From: an uncultured delta proteobacterium
GTDB taxonomy: Bacteria > Myxococcota > Myxococcia > Myxococcales > Anaeromyxobacteraceae
NCBI GenBank assembly: GCA_963845515.1
Contig: CAWJSR010000049.1
Span: 32,001-96,000 of the forward strand
Length of the DNA: 64,000 nucleotides
Direction: 5' to 3'
Made by a program: the position numbers and the translations under genes. How positions within the stretch are numbered: position 1 is the stretch's first letter; every line of letters starts with the position of its first letter. The notes beneath the pieces were generated by a model. It searched no databases. It was not told the origin of the DNA and worked only from the letters and a program-made list of their open reading frames with translations. Of this stretch, positions 32,711 to 43,976 are shown piece by piece.

Positions 32711-33535
32711 ATGCAGACGTACAAGAGGCTTCTCCTGGCAGCAGCCGCGCTCGTCCTCGCCCCGCTGGCCGCGGAGGCGAAGTCGGGCTTCCTGACGACC
32801 TTCGACGCCACCTACGGCACGGCCAACACCAGGCTCGACGCGTGCACCACGTGCCACGGGTCGACCAACTCGACCTTCAATCCGTACGGCGCCGCCGTCC
32901 GGGCGAACATCGCCGCCGGGATCAGCGCGGCGCTGGCCGCCGTCGAGCCGCTCGACTCCGACGGTGACAAGTTCTCGAACGTCGACGAGATCGACGCGCT
33001 CACGCTCCCTGGCGACCGGACGAGCTACCCCGTCGTCGCGGCGACCGCCTGTCCCGACGCCGACCGTGATGGCTACGCGGTGTGCGACGGGGTCTGTGCG
33101 CTCCCCGCGGGCGCGCAGTGCGGGGACTGCAACGACGCGGCAGCGGCCGTGAACCCGGGCGTCACCGAGCTCTGCACCAACGCCATCGACGACAACTGTG
33201 ACGGCGCGATCGACGCGAAGGATCCGGTCTGCGCCGCTCCGGCACTCTCCGACTTCGACATCGCCTCGGTTCGGGCGACCGGCCGCACCGTCGTCGGGCG
33301 CAAGGCGACCTTCAAGGTCAACGTCGTCCAGGTCGTCGGCGGCGCGGCGTCCCTCGCCGTGCAGTACACGCAGGGCGGAGTGACCACCACGCTCGGCGAC
33401 GTCGCCGCGGTCCAGGCGGGCACGTACTCCTTCGCCCTCGTCCCGACGATGTCGGGCCCGGTGACCTGGAGCGCGGTGATCACCGATCAGGACCCCGACG
33501 CCGACGTCGCGACGGCCCTCACGACCGTCAAGTAG
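32711..33535 (+). CDS. Secreted c-type heme protein with Ca/metal-binding (MopE-like) repeat
   Basis: Signal peptide, CTTCH, NPYG, DSDGDKFSNVDEI, DADRDGY, DCND..AVNPG..ELC.NAIDDNCDG. Confidence 0.75.
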   Translation: MQTYKRLLLAAAALVLAPLAAEAKSGFLTTFDATYGTANTRLDACTTCHGSTNSTFNPYGAAVRANIAAGISAALAAVEPLDSDGDKFSNVDEIDALTLPGDRTSYPVVAATACPDADRDGYAVCDGVCALPAGAQCGDCNDAAAAVNPGVTELCTNAIDDNCDGAIDAKDPVCAAPALSDFDIASVRATGRTVVGRKATFKVNVVQVVGGAASLAVQYTQGGVTTTLGDVAAVQAGTYSFALVPTMSGPVTWSAVITDQDPDADVATALTTVK

Positions 33536-33577
33536 GCGATCCGGCAGCAGGCAGCAGGCAGCAGGCAGTGGCAGTGG

Positions 33578-33616
33578 CGGGGCGGGCGCGCGGTCGCGCC
33601 CGCCCCGTCGTTCTTC
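33578..33616 (+). terminator. Intrinsic terminator-like hairpin between convergent genes
   Basis: Perfect 13-bp stem CGGGGCGGGCGCG-CGGT-CGCGCCCGCCCCG followed by TCGTTCTTC. Confidence 0.7.
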
Positions 33617-33634
33617 GGGGGCAGGGCCGGCCCG

Positions 33635-36202
33635 CTACTCGAGCGCAGCCCTCGCCCTCGTCCGCGGCGCGTCGGCGTGGCGGCGCTCGACGTGGAAGGA
33701 GCCGACCATCGCGGCGAGATCCTCGGCCTGCGCCGACAGCTCGGCGGCGGCCGAGCTCGACTCCTCGGCGCTCGCCGCGTTCTGCTGGGTGACGCGATCC
33801 ACCGCGTCCACGTTTCGCCGGACGCCGCCGATCGCCTCGACCTGGGCGCGGGCCGCCTCGTCGATGCGTCCGACGAGCGAGGTCGCCTGGGCGACCGCCG
33901 CGGCGATGTCGACGAGGGTCGACGCCACCTGGCGGCTGGTCGACTCCCCCTCCACGACCTGGCGGACCGACTCGCGGATCAGCCCCTCGGTGCGCGCCGC
34001 CGCCGCCTTCGAGCGGAGCGCGAGCGAGCGGACCTCCTCCGCGACGACGGCGAAGCCGCGCCCCGCCTCCCCTGCGCGGGCCGCCTCCACCGCCGCGTTG
34101 AGGGCCAGCAGGTTCGTCTGGAACGCGATCTCGCTCATGTCCTTGAGGATGAGGCTGGTCCCCTCCGCCGCCTGACGGATGCGGGTCATCGTGCCGGTCA
34201 TCCGCTCGACCGACGCCGCGCCGCCGTTCGCCGCGCCGTCGGCGGCCTTCGTCCGGGCGGCGGCCTCGCGGGCAGCCGCGGCCGACTGCTCCGCCTTCGC
34301 GGCGATCCCCTCCAGCTCGCTGCTCGTGCGCTCCACCGCGTGCGCCTGCGCCTGGGCGCCGTCGGCCACCGCGTGGGCGCCGGCGGCGATCTGCTCCGAC
34401 GCGCGCGCCACGCCGTCGACGGCGTCCGCAACCTGGCGCAGCGCGTCCTGCAGCGCCCCGGCGGTGGCGTTGATGGCCATCGCGAGCCGCGCGTGGTCCC
34501 CCCGCCAGTCGCTACGTGCGCGCACCGAGAGGTCGCGCCGCGCGATCCCCTCGAGCACGTGCGTGGCCTCCTCCACCGGCGCGACCACGGCATCGAGCGT
34601 CCCGTTGAGCCCCTCGATGACCCCCGCCCAGTCGCCGCTGTACTTGTGCACGTCGACGCGCTCGCCGAGCCGCCCCTCCACCGCCGCCTGCGTCAGCGCC
34701 CGCACGTCCGCGGCGATGGAGTGCAGGTTGCCGCGCAGGAGGTCGAGCCGCTGGTTGGCGATCGCCTGCTTGCCCGGGAGCGGATCGAGGACCGGCCCGA
34801 AGTCCCCGTGCGCGTACGCGCCGAGGATCTCCAGGATGCGCAGCAGGTTTCCCACGTGCATCGCCACGGCCTCGTTCACGCCCTCCGCCATCCGGCGGAA
34901 GATCCCGTGGAAGCGATCGGCGGCGATCACGGCGTCGAGGTCGCCGACCGCCTGCGCCTCCGTCATGGCCTCCATGCCCAGCACCACGCCCCCGATCGTC
35001 TCGCCGAGGTGGTCGAGGTTTCGCCGCAGCGGCTCGAAGTCGCCCTGCCACGGCGTCCCGATCGCCGGGGGCAGCTCGCCGCGGGCGAAGCCGTCGATCT
35101 GCTCGGCGGCGGCCCGCAGCGGCCGGATGATCCCGTCGAGGGTCGCGTTGAGCCCCTCCGCGACCTTGCGGAACTCGCCCCGGTGGTGCCCGGCGTCGAT
35201 CCGGGCGTCGAGCTTGCCCCGCTGCGCCGCGTCGGCGAGCCGCTGGACGCCATGGACCAGCGCCGAGACGGTGCCGATCGCGCGGTTGAGGGCGTCCCGC
35301 AGCTGGGCGCACTCCCCCACGCAGTCGCCCTCCAGCGGTGGCGGCATCTCGCCTCGGGCCAGCGCGCTCACGGCCTCCATCGTCTGCGTGAAGGGCTGCT
35401 GGAAGGACGCCATCGTGGCGTTGATCCCCTCGATCACCGGCCGGAAGGTCGGCCCGACGGAGTCCGGGTCGACCCGGGCCGAGAGCGAGCCCCGCGCGAC
35501 GGAGTCCGCGAGCCGCCGCGTCTCGGTCTTGAGCGCCCTGACCTGGCCGCGGACCGACAGCATGACGATGTACGCGGCCGCCCAGAGGAGGATCCCCACC
35601 ACCAGCGCGAACGCGCCGACCTGGACCATCTGGCCCCGGATGGCGTCCCCGACGTCGTCGAGGTAGAGCCCGGAGCCGAGGATCCAGCCCCACGGCGCGT
35701 AGACCTTCACGAAGGAGACCTTGGGGACCGGGTCCTCCGAGCCCGGGAGCGGCCACTCGTAGTCGACGAAGCCGCCCTCGGCCGAGGCCCGCACCGTGTT
35801 CACGAACTCCACGAAGAGCCGCTTCCCGTTCGGATCGCGGTAGTCGGTGAGCGGCTTGCCGTCCAGCTCGGGCATGAACGGATGCATCACCATCCGCGGC
35901 TCGAGGTCGTTCACCCAGACGTACTCGCGCCGCTCGTAACGCAGCGCCTTGAGCAGCCCGAGCGCCTCGCGCTTCGCGTCGGGCTCCGAGACCTCGCCGC
36001 CCGCGACCCGCTCGCCCTGCCGCTGCAGGATCCCGTAGGCGGTCTCCACGACGGCCCGGACCTTGGCCTTCCGGTCCGCCTTCATCTGCCGGTCGAGCAC
36101 CAGGACCGACTGGCCGGCGAGGGCGAGCAGGCAGGCGAGCCCGACGCCGATCACCAGGCGGAGCCGGGTCACGATCCTGAACGACTGGAGCCACTTCAAC
36201 AT
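33635..36202 (-). CDS. Methyl-accepting chemotaxis protein, Cache domain and poly-HAMP
   Basis: [23 protein letters not shown]; repeated G.F...GxNATLD HAMP units; [34 protein letters not shown]. Confidence 0.95.
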   Translation of the reverse strand: MLKWLQSFRIVTRLRLVIGVGLACLLALAGQSVLVLDRQMKADRKAKVRAVVETAYGILQRQGERVAGGEVSEPDAKREALGLLKALRYERREYVWVNDLEPRMVMHPFMPELDGKPLTDYRDPNGKRLFVEFVNTVRASAEGGFVDYEWPLPGSEDPVPKVSFVKVYAPWGWILGSGLYLDDVGDAIRGQMVQVGAFALVVGILLWAAAYIVMLSVRGQVRALKTETRRLADSVARGSLSARVDPDSVGPTFRPVIEGINATMASFQQPFTQTMEAVSALARGEMPPPLEGDCVGECAQLRDALNRAIGTVSALVHGVQRLADAAQRGKLDARIDAGHHRGEFRKVAEGLNATLDGIIRPLRAAAEQIDGFARGELPPAIGTPWQGDFEPLRRNLDHLGETIGGVVLGMEAMTEAQAVGDLDAVIAADRFHGIFRRMAEGVNEAVAMHVGNLLRILEILGAYAHGDFGPVLDPLPGKQAIANQRLDLLRGNLHSIAADVRALTQAAVEGRLGERVDVHKYSGDWAGVIEGLNGTLDAVVAPVEEATHVLEGIARRDLSVRARSDWRGDHARLAMAINATAGALQDALRQVADAVDGVARASEQIAAGAHAVADGAQAQAHAVERTSSELEGIAAKAEQSAAAAREAAARTKAADGAANGGAASVERMTGTMTRIRQAAEGTSLILKDMSEIAFQTNLLALNAAVEAARAGEAGRGFAVVAEEVRSLALRSKAAAARTEGLIRESVRQVVEGESTSRQVASTLVDIAAAVAQATSLVGRIDEAARAQVEAIGGVRRNVDAVDRVTQQNAASAEESSSAAAELSAQAEDLAAMVGSFHVERRHADAPRTRARAALE

Positions 36203-36305
36203 GAAGCCACTCCTCGCCAGCTCGCTGGCACCCCCGGGTCGAGGCGGGAGCCTACCACCTCGCGGGAGGGAGCGGATCGCCACGCGACCGCGCGCGGTGA
36301 GCGAG

Positions 36306-39015
36306 TCACGGACGGTGAAGCCGGACGGCGACGACCCGCTTGCGCACCTCCTCGGTCCAGAGGACGACGCTCCCGGCGGCGACGACGACGGCGAGATCGA
36401 CCGGCGGGAGGGGGACCGTGCGGAAGGCGCGCCCCAGCGGCTCCCAGTAGATGACGGCGAGCTGCAGGAGGACCGAGATCGCGAGGCCCCCCAGCAGCCA
36501 GGGGTTGCGGTGGAGCGGGTTGGCGAAGACGCTCCGCCGCTCGGAGCGGCAGTTCAACAGGTTGAACCACTCGCAGACGGCGAGCAGCGTGAAGGTGCCG
36601 GTGCGGACGCGGTCGAAGGGGAGCCCGAGCCGCAGCCCGATCGCGAAGTAGCCGAAGGTGACCAGCGAGATCGTCGCGCTCATGAGGAACATTCGCTGGA
36701 GCAGGCCGTCACCGAGGAGCTGGACCGACGGCCGGATCGGGGGCTGCTGCATCTCGTCCCCCTCGGCGGGCTCCATGCCCAGGTTGACCGTGATGGTCCC
36801 CTCGGTGACGACGTTGTTCCAGAGGATCTGCACGGCTGGGAAGGGCAGGGGATGGCCGAGGAGGAGCGCCGAGAGGAGCACCACGACCTCGGCCAGGCCC
36901 GTCGAGAGCAGCAGGAGCAACGCCTTTCGGACGTTGCGGTAGACGACGCGTCCCTCCGCCACCGCCTCGACGATCGTGGCGAAGTTGTCGTCGGTGACGA
37001 CGATGGCGGCCGCCTCCTTCGCCACCTCCGTCCCGGTGCGCCCCATCGCGACGCCGACGTCGGCGCGCACCAGCGCCGGCGCGTCGTTGACCCCGTCTCC
37101 CGTCATGGCCACGACCTGGCCGCGCCGCTGCAGCGCCTCGACGATCCGGAGCTTCTGGGACGGCGCGACGCGCGCGAAGACGGAGGTCTCGGCGACCGCC
37201 GCGGCCAGCTCGGCCTCCCCCAGCCGCTCCAGCTCCACGCCGTCGAGTGCCTTGCCTCCCCCGTCCACCATCCCGAGCGCCTCCGCCACGGCCAGCCCGG
37301 TGGCCCGGTGGTCGCCGGTTATCATCACCGCCCGGATGCCGGCGCTGCGGCACCGGGCGACCGCCTCGCGCGCCTCCGGTCGCGGCGGGTCGACCTGCCC
37401 CACGAGCCCGACCAGGGTGAGCCTCCCGTCGAGGACCTCGAAGCCGCGGCCGTCGACCGGCAGCGCGTCCGCCTCGGCGAAGGCGAGCACCCGCAGGGCG
37501 TCCCCCGCCATGCGGTCCGCCGCCGCCTGGACCGCCTCCCTCGCGACGTCGTCCAGCGGCCTGCGCGCATCGCCATGGCGGAGCGAGGCGCAGAGCGGGA
37601 GCAGCGCCTCGGTCGCCCCCTTCACCAGCGTCCGCCCACCGCCCGGCCCGCCGTGGACCGTGACCATGAGCCGGGCGCCGGCGTCGAAGGGGATCTCGCC
37701 CGTGCGCTGGTGGAGGAGGCGGAGCGCCTCGGGATCGATCCCGCCCTTGCGCGCCAGGGAGAGGAGCGCGGCCTCGGTGGGATCGCCGAGCGCGCGCCAG
37801 CGGGGATCGTCCTCGCCGGGCGGGACGAGGGCGGCGTCGTTGCAGAGCGCCGAGGCCTCGAGGAGCGCACGCAGGGACGGATCGCCGTCGGCGGATCTCG
37901 GCTCGCCGTCCTCCAGGATCCGCCCGACGGGCTCGTAGCCCACGCCCTCGACGTGGAGATCGCGGCCGGCGAGCCTCACGGCCACGGCGGTGTTCTCGCC
38001 GCGCGTGAGCGTCCCGGTCTTGTCGCTGCAGATCACCGTCGTGGAGCCCAGCGACTCGACCGCTGAGAGCCGCCGGACGATCGCGCCCCGCGCCGCCATG
38101 CGCTGCATGCCCGCCGCGAGCCCGACGGTCATCGCGACGGGGAGCCCCTCGGGCACCACCGAGACCAGCTGGCTCACGGCGACCATGAAGATCTCGGTGA
38201 GGGGGATCCCGCGCAGCAGGCCGACCGCGAAGACCAGCGCGAAGATCGCCAGCGCGAGGACGACCAGCACGCGGCCGAGGCGGGCGACGCGCCGCTCCAG
38301 CGGCGTAGGCGGCGTCTCGGTCGCGCGGGTCAGCGCCGCGATCCGGCCCAGCTCGGTGCCGACCCCGGTGGTGACGACGACCGCGCGCACCCGCCCCGCG
38401 GAGAGGTGCGTCCCCGCGTGGAGCATCGACCAGCGATCCCCCAGCTCCGATCCCTCGGGCGCTGCCTCGGCCCGCTTCTGCGCCGGCTGCGATTCACCGG
38501 TCAGGACGGCCTCCACGGCCTCCACCCTGCTCGCCTCGAGGATTCGCGCGTCGGCTGGCACGGCGTCGCCCGCGGCCGAGGACGAGCACGTCGCCGGGCA
38601 CCACCTCGCGGGCGGCCGCGTCCCGCACCTCCCCGTCGCGGAGCACGCGGGTGCGGAGCGCCGTCAGCCGCTGGAGCGCCCGCATCGAGCGCTCGGCGCG
38701 TCCCTCCTGGAAGGTGCCGATGAGCGCGTTGACCAGGAGGATGACGCCGATGACGATCGCGTCGGCCCGCTCGCCGACGGCGACCGCGATGGCCGCGGCG
38801 ACGACGAGCAGGTAGATGAGCGGGCTCGCGAACTGTCGCGCGAACACGGTCAGGAGCGAGGACCGCTTCCCCTCGGGCAGCTCGTTGGGCCCGTACCGCG
38901 CCAGGCGGCGGACCGCCTCCTCCCCCGTCAGCCCCACGGGCGTCGCGTCGAGCGCCGCCAGCGCCTGCGCGCCGTCGAGCGTGTGCCATGCCGCCTCCGC
39001 TGCTCGCTCCGTCAT
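36306..39015 (-). CDS. Cation-transporting P-type ATPase (type IIA-like), apparent +1 frameshift near 38577
   Basis: YGPNEL, VVPGD / [45 protein letters not shown]. Confidence 0.9.
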
Positions 39016-39112
39016 CGGACCTCCAGCGTCGAACGTCCCGCCGATCCGGCGGCCGGTCAACGGCAGGACGTCGCCCCTCGCGGGACGCCGCGAATTCCCG
39101 TAACCTTCACCG

Positions 39113-40057
39113 ATGGACCGTCTCCTCCTGGTCGTAGCGCTGCTGTCCGCCGCCGCCTGCCGCACCGTCCCCGTGGTCGAAGCCCATGTGAACGTGGTGG
39201 CGCCACCACCGCTCGTCGCCGCGCACGCGCCGACGCCGCGGATCGCGCTCGTCCTCGGCGGCGGGGCGGCGCGAGGGTTCGCTCACGTCGGCGTCCTGCG
39301 GGCGCTGGAGCAGGAGAAGATCCCGGTCGATCTGGTCGTCGGCACGAGCGTCGGCAGCCTCATCGGCGCCCTCTACGCCGAGGACCGGAACAGCTTCGAG
39401 CTCGAGTGGACCGCCTTCCAGCTGGAGAAGGACGATCTCTTCGACTACGGCGTCATGAACGTGGTGACCGGGATGAGCTTCGCGGCCGGCGACCGGTTCG
39501 AGCGGTGGCTCACGGAGAAGTTCAAGGTGAAGAACATCGAGGACATGAAGGTCCCGTTCGCGGCGGTGGCGACCGACCTCAACTGGGGGACGAAGGTGGT
39601 GATCGATCGCGGCTCGGTGGCGCGCGCCGTGCGCGCCTCCAGCGCCATCCCCGGCGTCTTCCCCCCGGTCCAGCACATGGGGAAGATCCTGGTGGACGGC
39701 GGCGTGAGCGACAACATCCCCATCGCCGTCGCCCGGGAGAAGGGGGCGGACCTCGTGATCGCGGTCGACATCAGCGAGAACCTCGGGAACACCAACATCA
39801 AGAACGTGGTGGATGTCGTGCTCCAGGCGACCAACATCATGTTCGCCCTGAACGTCGAGCACTCGAAGCGGGGCGCGGACGTCCTGATCACGCCGAAGAT
39901 CGGCGACGTCGGTATGCTCGACTTCGGCCAGAAGAAGCGCTGCATGCAGGCCGGCATAGAGGCCGCGCGCGACGCGATCCCCGGGATCAGGAAGGCGATC
40001 GCGGAGTGGCAGGCGCGGAAGATGGCCGGGCTGCCGGCTGGCGTCCCGCGGGGTTAG
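39113..40057 (+). CDS. Patatin-like phospholipase (lipoprotein)
   Basis: Lipobox-like SAAAC; GGGAARG, GTSVG, ASSAIPG, DGG. Confidence 0.9.
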   Translation: MDRLLLVVALLSAAACRTVPVVEAHVNVVAPPPLVAAHAPTPRIALVLGGGAARGFAHVGVLRALEQEKIPVDLVVGTSVGSLIGALYAEDRNSFELEWTAFQLEKDDLFDYGVMNVVTGMSFAAGDRFERWLTEKFKVKNIEDMKVPFAAVATDLNWGTKVVIDRGSVARAVRASSAIPGVFPPVQHMGKILVDGGVSDNIPIAVAREKGADLVIAVDISENLGNTNIKNVVDVVLQATNIMFALNVEHSKRGADVLITPKIGDVGMLDFGQKKRCMQAGIEAARDAIPGIRKAIAEWQARKMAGLPAGVPRG

Positions 40058-40065
40058 CGGCGGCG

Positions 40066-42171
40066 CTACTCCCCCGAGGTCCAGCGCTCGGGGCCGCCCG
40101 CCGCGGCCGGCTCCTGGAGGATCCGGCGCGCGGCGTCCACCGCCTCGTGCGAGCCAGCCAGCGCGAGGACGTCTCCCGTGGCGAGCCGCTCCTGCGCGCC
40201 CGGCGCGACGATCCCGGCCTCGCCGCGCGCGATGGCGAGGACCGTCGCGCCGGTCGTGCCGCGGAGGTCGAGCTGCGCCAGCGTCTTGCCGACGGCGGCG
40301 CTCCCCTCGCGCAGCCGGACGGGCACCGGCTCGCCGAGCCCCGGGAGGAGCCTGCGGACGCGGTCGAGCGACTCCCCCTCGGCGGCGGGGCGGCCGCTCC
40401 GCGCGCCCGAGGCGAGCGCCTCCGCGACGACGAGCGCGCCTGCGCGGACGTGCCCCTGGAGGTTGGCGGCGCTGCGCCAGAACGCGACCCCGAGGAGCAG
40501 GAGCACCGCGACGAGGGCGTACGCTCCCTCCGGCCCGCCGAGGAAGGGCTGGGTGACCGCGACCAGCGGGATCCCCACGAAGAGCAGCACGCCGATCTGC
40601 AGCGTCACGACCAGCGCGCGGCGCGGCGCGGCCGCGAGGTCGGGCGTCCCCTCGCGCGCCTGCGGCAGGGCGGCGATCGCGAGGGTCGCGCCGAGCCGCC
40701 GGGAGACCCGGATGACCCCGGCCGCGAACGGGGCCATCAGCAGCACGCCGGCCGCGACGACGATCGCCCTGGACGCCAGGCCCCCGACGCCGATGAGGGT
40801 CGCGAGCCGGGGCGCTGCCGCCCGGACCGCGACTGACGTCCCGATCACGATCGCGGCCACGACGCCGGCGTCGAGCGCCAGCGCCAGGGCGAGCCGCCGC
40901 ATGCGGGAGCCGTGGCTGGCGTGGTGCGGCGAGGAGCGGATCCGCTCGATCCAGCTGGCGTACAGGGTCCCGTAGGTCTGGAGCGCGCGGGGCATCCAGC
41001 GGTCGGTGGCGCGCGCGACGCCACCGGACCAGCGGATGAACCAGGGGGTGGTCAGCGTCGTGATCGCCGAGACGGCGACGACCACGGCGTAGAGGAAGTC
41101 GGAGGTCGCGCCGAGCGATCGCCCGAGGGCGGCGATGATGAAGGAGAACTCGCCGATCTGGGCCAGGGTCAGGCCGGCGGTGACCGAGGTCACCACGCCG
41201 TTGCCCGTTATGAAGGCGCCCGCCGCCACCCCCAGGATCTTGCCGACCAGCACCACGATCGTCAGCACGGCCACCGCCGGGAGCTGCCCCGCGACGAGGC
41301 GCGGATCGAGCTCCATCCCGACCGAGACGAAGAAGACGGCAGCGAAGACGTCGCGGACGGGCAGCACCAGCGGCTCGATCTTGTGGGCCTGGCCGGACTC
41401 CGCCACCAGCACGCCCGCGACGAAGGCGCCGAGCGCCGTGGAGTAACCGGCCGCGCGCGCGAGGAGCGCCGCGGCGAAGCAGAGGCCGATGCTCACGACG
41501 AGGGTCGTCTCGGGCCTGTCCAGGCGGACGACGGCGCGGACGAGGCGTGGAACCACCGCGATCCCGGCGGCCACGAGGGCCAGGAGGAACACGACCAGCT
41601 TCCCGACCGTCACCGCGACCTCGCCCGCGCCCGTCCCCGCGCCGGTGGCCACCGCGGTGAGGGTCGCGAGGAGCGCCACGGCGGCGACGTCCTCGGCGAG
41701 CAGGATCCCGATCACCAGGTCCCGCCTGGGCCCGCGGACCCCCTGCTCGTCGAAGGCCTTCGCGACGATGGTGGTCGAGGAGATCGCCACGACGCCCCCG
41801 GCGAAGAGGCACTCCACCACCGACCAGCCCATGGCCCTGCCGGCCGCGTAGCCGAGCAGGAGCATCAGGTTCACCTCGACGAGGGCGGTGAGGCCGGCGG
41901 TCGGGGCGATGGCGATGAGCTTGCGGAGGCTCAGGTCGAGCCCGAGCGCGAACATGAGCAGGATCACGCCCAGCTCGGACAGCGTCCGGACCACCTCGGC
42001 ATCGGCGACGAAGGCCAGGGCGAGGTTGGGCCCGACCAGCACCCCGGCGAGCACGTAGCCGAGCACCACGGGCAGCCGGAGGCGCTGGAACAGGACCGTG
42101 GTCACGGCCGCGACGCCGAGGACCACGGCGAGCGCTTCGAGCAGGTCGCGCGCGCCGTGCATCCCTGCCAT
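40066..42171 (-). CDS. CPA2-family cation:proton antiporter with TrkA-C (RCK) domain
   Basis: LGYVLAG..VGP, ELGVILLMF.LGL, SSTTIV, LGAFVAG, QIGEFSFIIA; C-terminal GKTLAQLDLR..TGATVLAI.R. Confidence 0.9.
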   Translation of the reverse strand: MAGMHGARDLLEALAVVLGVAAVTTVLFQRLRLPVVLGYVLAGVLVGPNLALAFVADAEVVRTLSELGVILLMFALGLDLSLRKLIAIAPTAGLTALVEVNLMLLLGYAAGRAMGWSVVECLFAGGVVAISSTTIVAKAFDEQGVRGPRRDLVIGILLAEDVAAVALLATLTAVATGAGTGAGEVAVTVGKLVVFLLALVAAGIAVVPRLVRAVVRLDRPETTLVVSIGLCFAAALLARAAGYSTALGAFVAGVLVAESGQAHKIEPLVLPVRDVFAAVFFVSVGMELDPRLVAGQLPAVAVLTIVVLVGKILGVAAGAFITGNGVVTSVTAGLTLAQIGEFSFIIAALGRSLGATSDFLYAVVVAVSAITTLTTPWFIRWSGGVARATDRWMPRALQTYGTLYASWIERIRSSPHHASHGSRMRRLALALALDAGVVAAIVIGTSVAVRAAAPRLATLIGVGGLASRAIVVAAGVLLMAPFAAGVIRVSRRLGATLAIAALPQAREGTPDLAAAPRRALVVTLQIGVLLFVGIPLVAVTQPFLGGPEGAYALVAVLLLLGVAFWRSAANLQGHVRAGALVVAEALASGARSGRPAAEGESLDRVRRLLPGLGEPVPVRLREGSAAVGKTLAQLDLRGTTGATVLAIARGEAGIVAPGAQERLATGDVLALAGSHEAVDAARRILQEPAAAGGPERWTSGE

Positions 42172-42203
42172 TTACCACGGACGCGGCGCGCGCCGCGCCG
42201 CCC

Positions 42204-42761
42204 TCAGCGCGCGGCGGACGGGATGCCGAACACGTGGCGGAAGGGGTCGGCTCCGCCGGCGTCCTGAGCCGAGTCCGGATCGCCGATCCCGGGGAGGTAC
42301 TCCGGCTCCTCCACCAGGACGGTCGTCCGCTCGGCGACCTCGTAGGCCAGCTGGCCGATGCAGCCGGCGGCCTCCGCCCGGAGGGCGTCGACCTTCCCGC
42401 GCGCGATCTCGATCTTCGAGAACTCGATGTCGACCGACTCGTCGTGCGTCGCGACCGCCTCGGCCAGCGCCATGTCCGCGCGCTCGGCGACTGCGACCAG
42501 CACCTTCATGCGGGCGAGCTTCTCGTCCGCGCAGAGGAGCTTGACGAGGTCCCGCTCCAGGCGGGCGTCCTCGACGCGCGACAGGACCTCCTTGAGGGCG
42601 CGCCTGAGCTTGACGAGGTCCTCGGCAGCGCGGTCGAGGAGCGCGCTCGCCGCCTCCCTGGATCGCTCGTTGTGTGCCGTCAGCGGGGCGGGCGCGGAGC
42701 CAGGGGTGGCTGGCTGGGCGCCGGACAGGATCGCGAGGAGGGGGGCGAGCAAGGTCATCAT
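42204..42761 (-). CDS. Secreted helical hypothetical protein
   Basis: Signal peptide; ARLERDLVKLLCADEKL...CIG helical segment; GAGG RBS. Confidence 0.65.
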   Translation of the reverse strand: MMTLLAPLLAILSGAQPATPGSAPAPLTAHNERSREAASALLDRAAEDLVKLRRALKEVLSRVEDARLERDLVKLLCADEKLARMKVLVAVAERADMALAEAVATHDESVDIEFSKIEIARGKVDALRAEAAGCIGQLAYEVAERTTVLVEEPEYLPGIGDPDSAQDAGGADPFRHVFGIPSAAR

Positions 42762-42834
42762 GGGCTACCTCGATGACGTGGACATGATCATCCTCGGGCC
42801 GCTGCGCAACACACGCAAGGTCCCGGCCGGACCA

Positions 42835-43167
42835 TCAGTCGAATGCAGCGCCGCAGGAGGGGCAGCGGTGCGTCCGCTCCACCTCGGTGAGGTTGGGCTT
42901 CGACGCAGCCCCCGGCCGCTCGCCGCGCCGCCAGAGCGACGATCCGCAGGCGGGGCACCGCGGGACGATCAGCGCCAGCGCGAACAGGCCGAAGCCCAGC
43001 CCCGGGACGAACATCGCGACCGCGGCGCGGAGGTCGCGCGCCGCGATCCCGGCGAGCGCCGCAGCGCCGAGCGCGGTAGTGAACACCCAGGGCATGTAGC
43101 GGCGGACGGAGCGCGCCCGCTGCAGCTCGCGCTCGATCTGGTCGAAGGGGATCCGCTTCTTCATCAT
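42835..43167 (-). CDS. Small membrane protein with zinc ribbon
   Basis: Two TM helices, then CPACG...CPSCG. Confidence 0.7.
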   Translation of the reverse strand: MMKKRIPFDQIERELQRARSVRRYMPWVFTTALGAAALAGIAARDLRAAVAMFVPGLGFGLFALALIVPRCPACGSSLWRRGERPGAASKPNLTEVERTHRCPSCGAAFD

Positions 43168-43250
43168 CGCGGCGGCGAGACTACCCCCCGCCGGCCGCGG
43201 ATTCCACGGGGTCGGCGCGGGGATGCGCGTGGTACCTTCCGTGCCTCCGC

Positions 43251-43976
43251 ATGGGTCCCCCGCCGTCGATCCGCACGCCTCGCGTAGAGGTCCGCCGCAC
43301 GGCGCGCGGGCTGGAGCTGCGCGTGGACGGGACGCTCGCCTCGAGCCACCTCTCGGGGGGGGAGGGGACCGGGCCGGTCTGGGACGCGCTCGCGCTGCCG
43401 GTCCTCGCCCTGCCCCCGGCGCGCCGCCGCGCCGTCCTGCTCCTGGGGCTCGGCGGCGGCAGCGTGGCACGGGTCCTCAGGGCGCTCGCGCCGGAGGCCC
43501 GGATCGTGGGCGTGGAGATCGATCCCGGCGTGGTCGCTGCGGCACGCGCCCACCTCGGCCTCGACGCGCTGGGGGTCGAGGTCGTGGTCGGCGACGCGAT
43601 CGCGGCGCTGGGGGCAGGGCGAAGCCGCTTCGATCTCATCGTCGAGGACGTCTTCGTCGGCCCCGTCCGCACGGTGCGCAAGCCGTCGGGGTTCCCCGAG
43701 CCGCTGCTCGGGCTCGCGCGCCGCCGCCTGGCTCCCGGCGGGCTGATCGTCTGCAACACCATCCACGAGGGGCCGCAGGTGGCCGCAGCGCTCCGCGCCC
43801 ACGCCCCCAGCCTGCTGGCGATACACGTGCGCGGCCACTACAACCGGATCCTCGTCGCCGGCTCGCGGCTCGACGCGGCCGCGCTGCGCCGCGCGGCGGC
43901 GCGGGAGCGCGTCCTCGCGGGGAGCCTCCCGGAGCTGTCGATACGGCGCGCCACCTTCGGGGCCGGACGCGCGTGA
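43251..43976 (+). CDS. Spermidine-synthase-like SAM-dependent transferase
   Basis: LLLGLGGGS, VEIDP.VV, GDA, FDLIVEDVF, LAPGG. Confidence 0.75.
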   Translation: MGPPPSIRTPRVEVRRTARGLELRVDGTLASSHLSGGEGTGPVWDALALPVLALPPARRRAVLLLGLGGGSVARVLRALAPEARIVGVEIDPGVVAAARAHLGLDALGVEVVVGDAIAALGAGRSRFDLIVEDVFVGPVRTVRKPSGFPEPLLGLARRRLAPGGLIVCNTIHEGPQVAAALRAHAPSLLAIHVRGHYNRILVAGSRLDAAALRRAAARERVLAGSLPELSIRRATFGAGRA

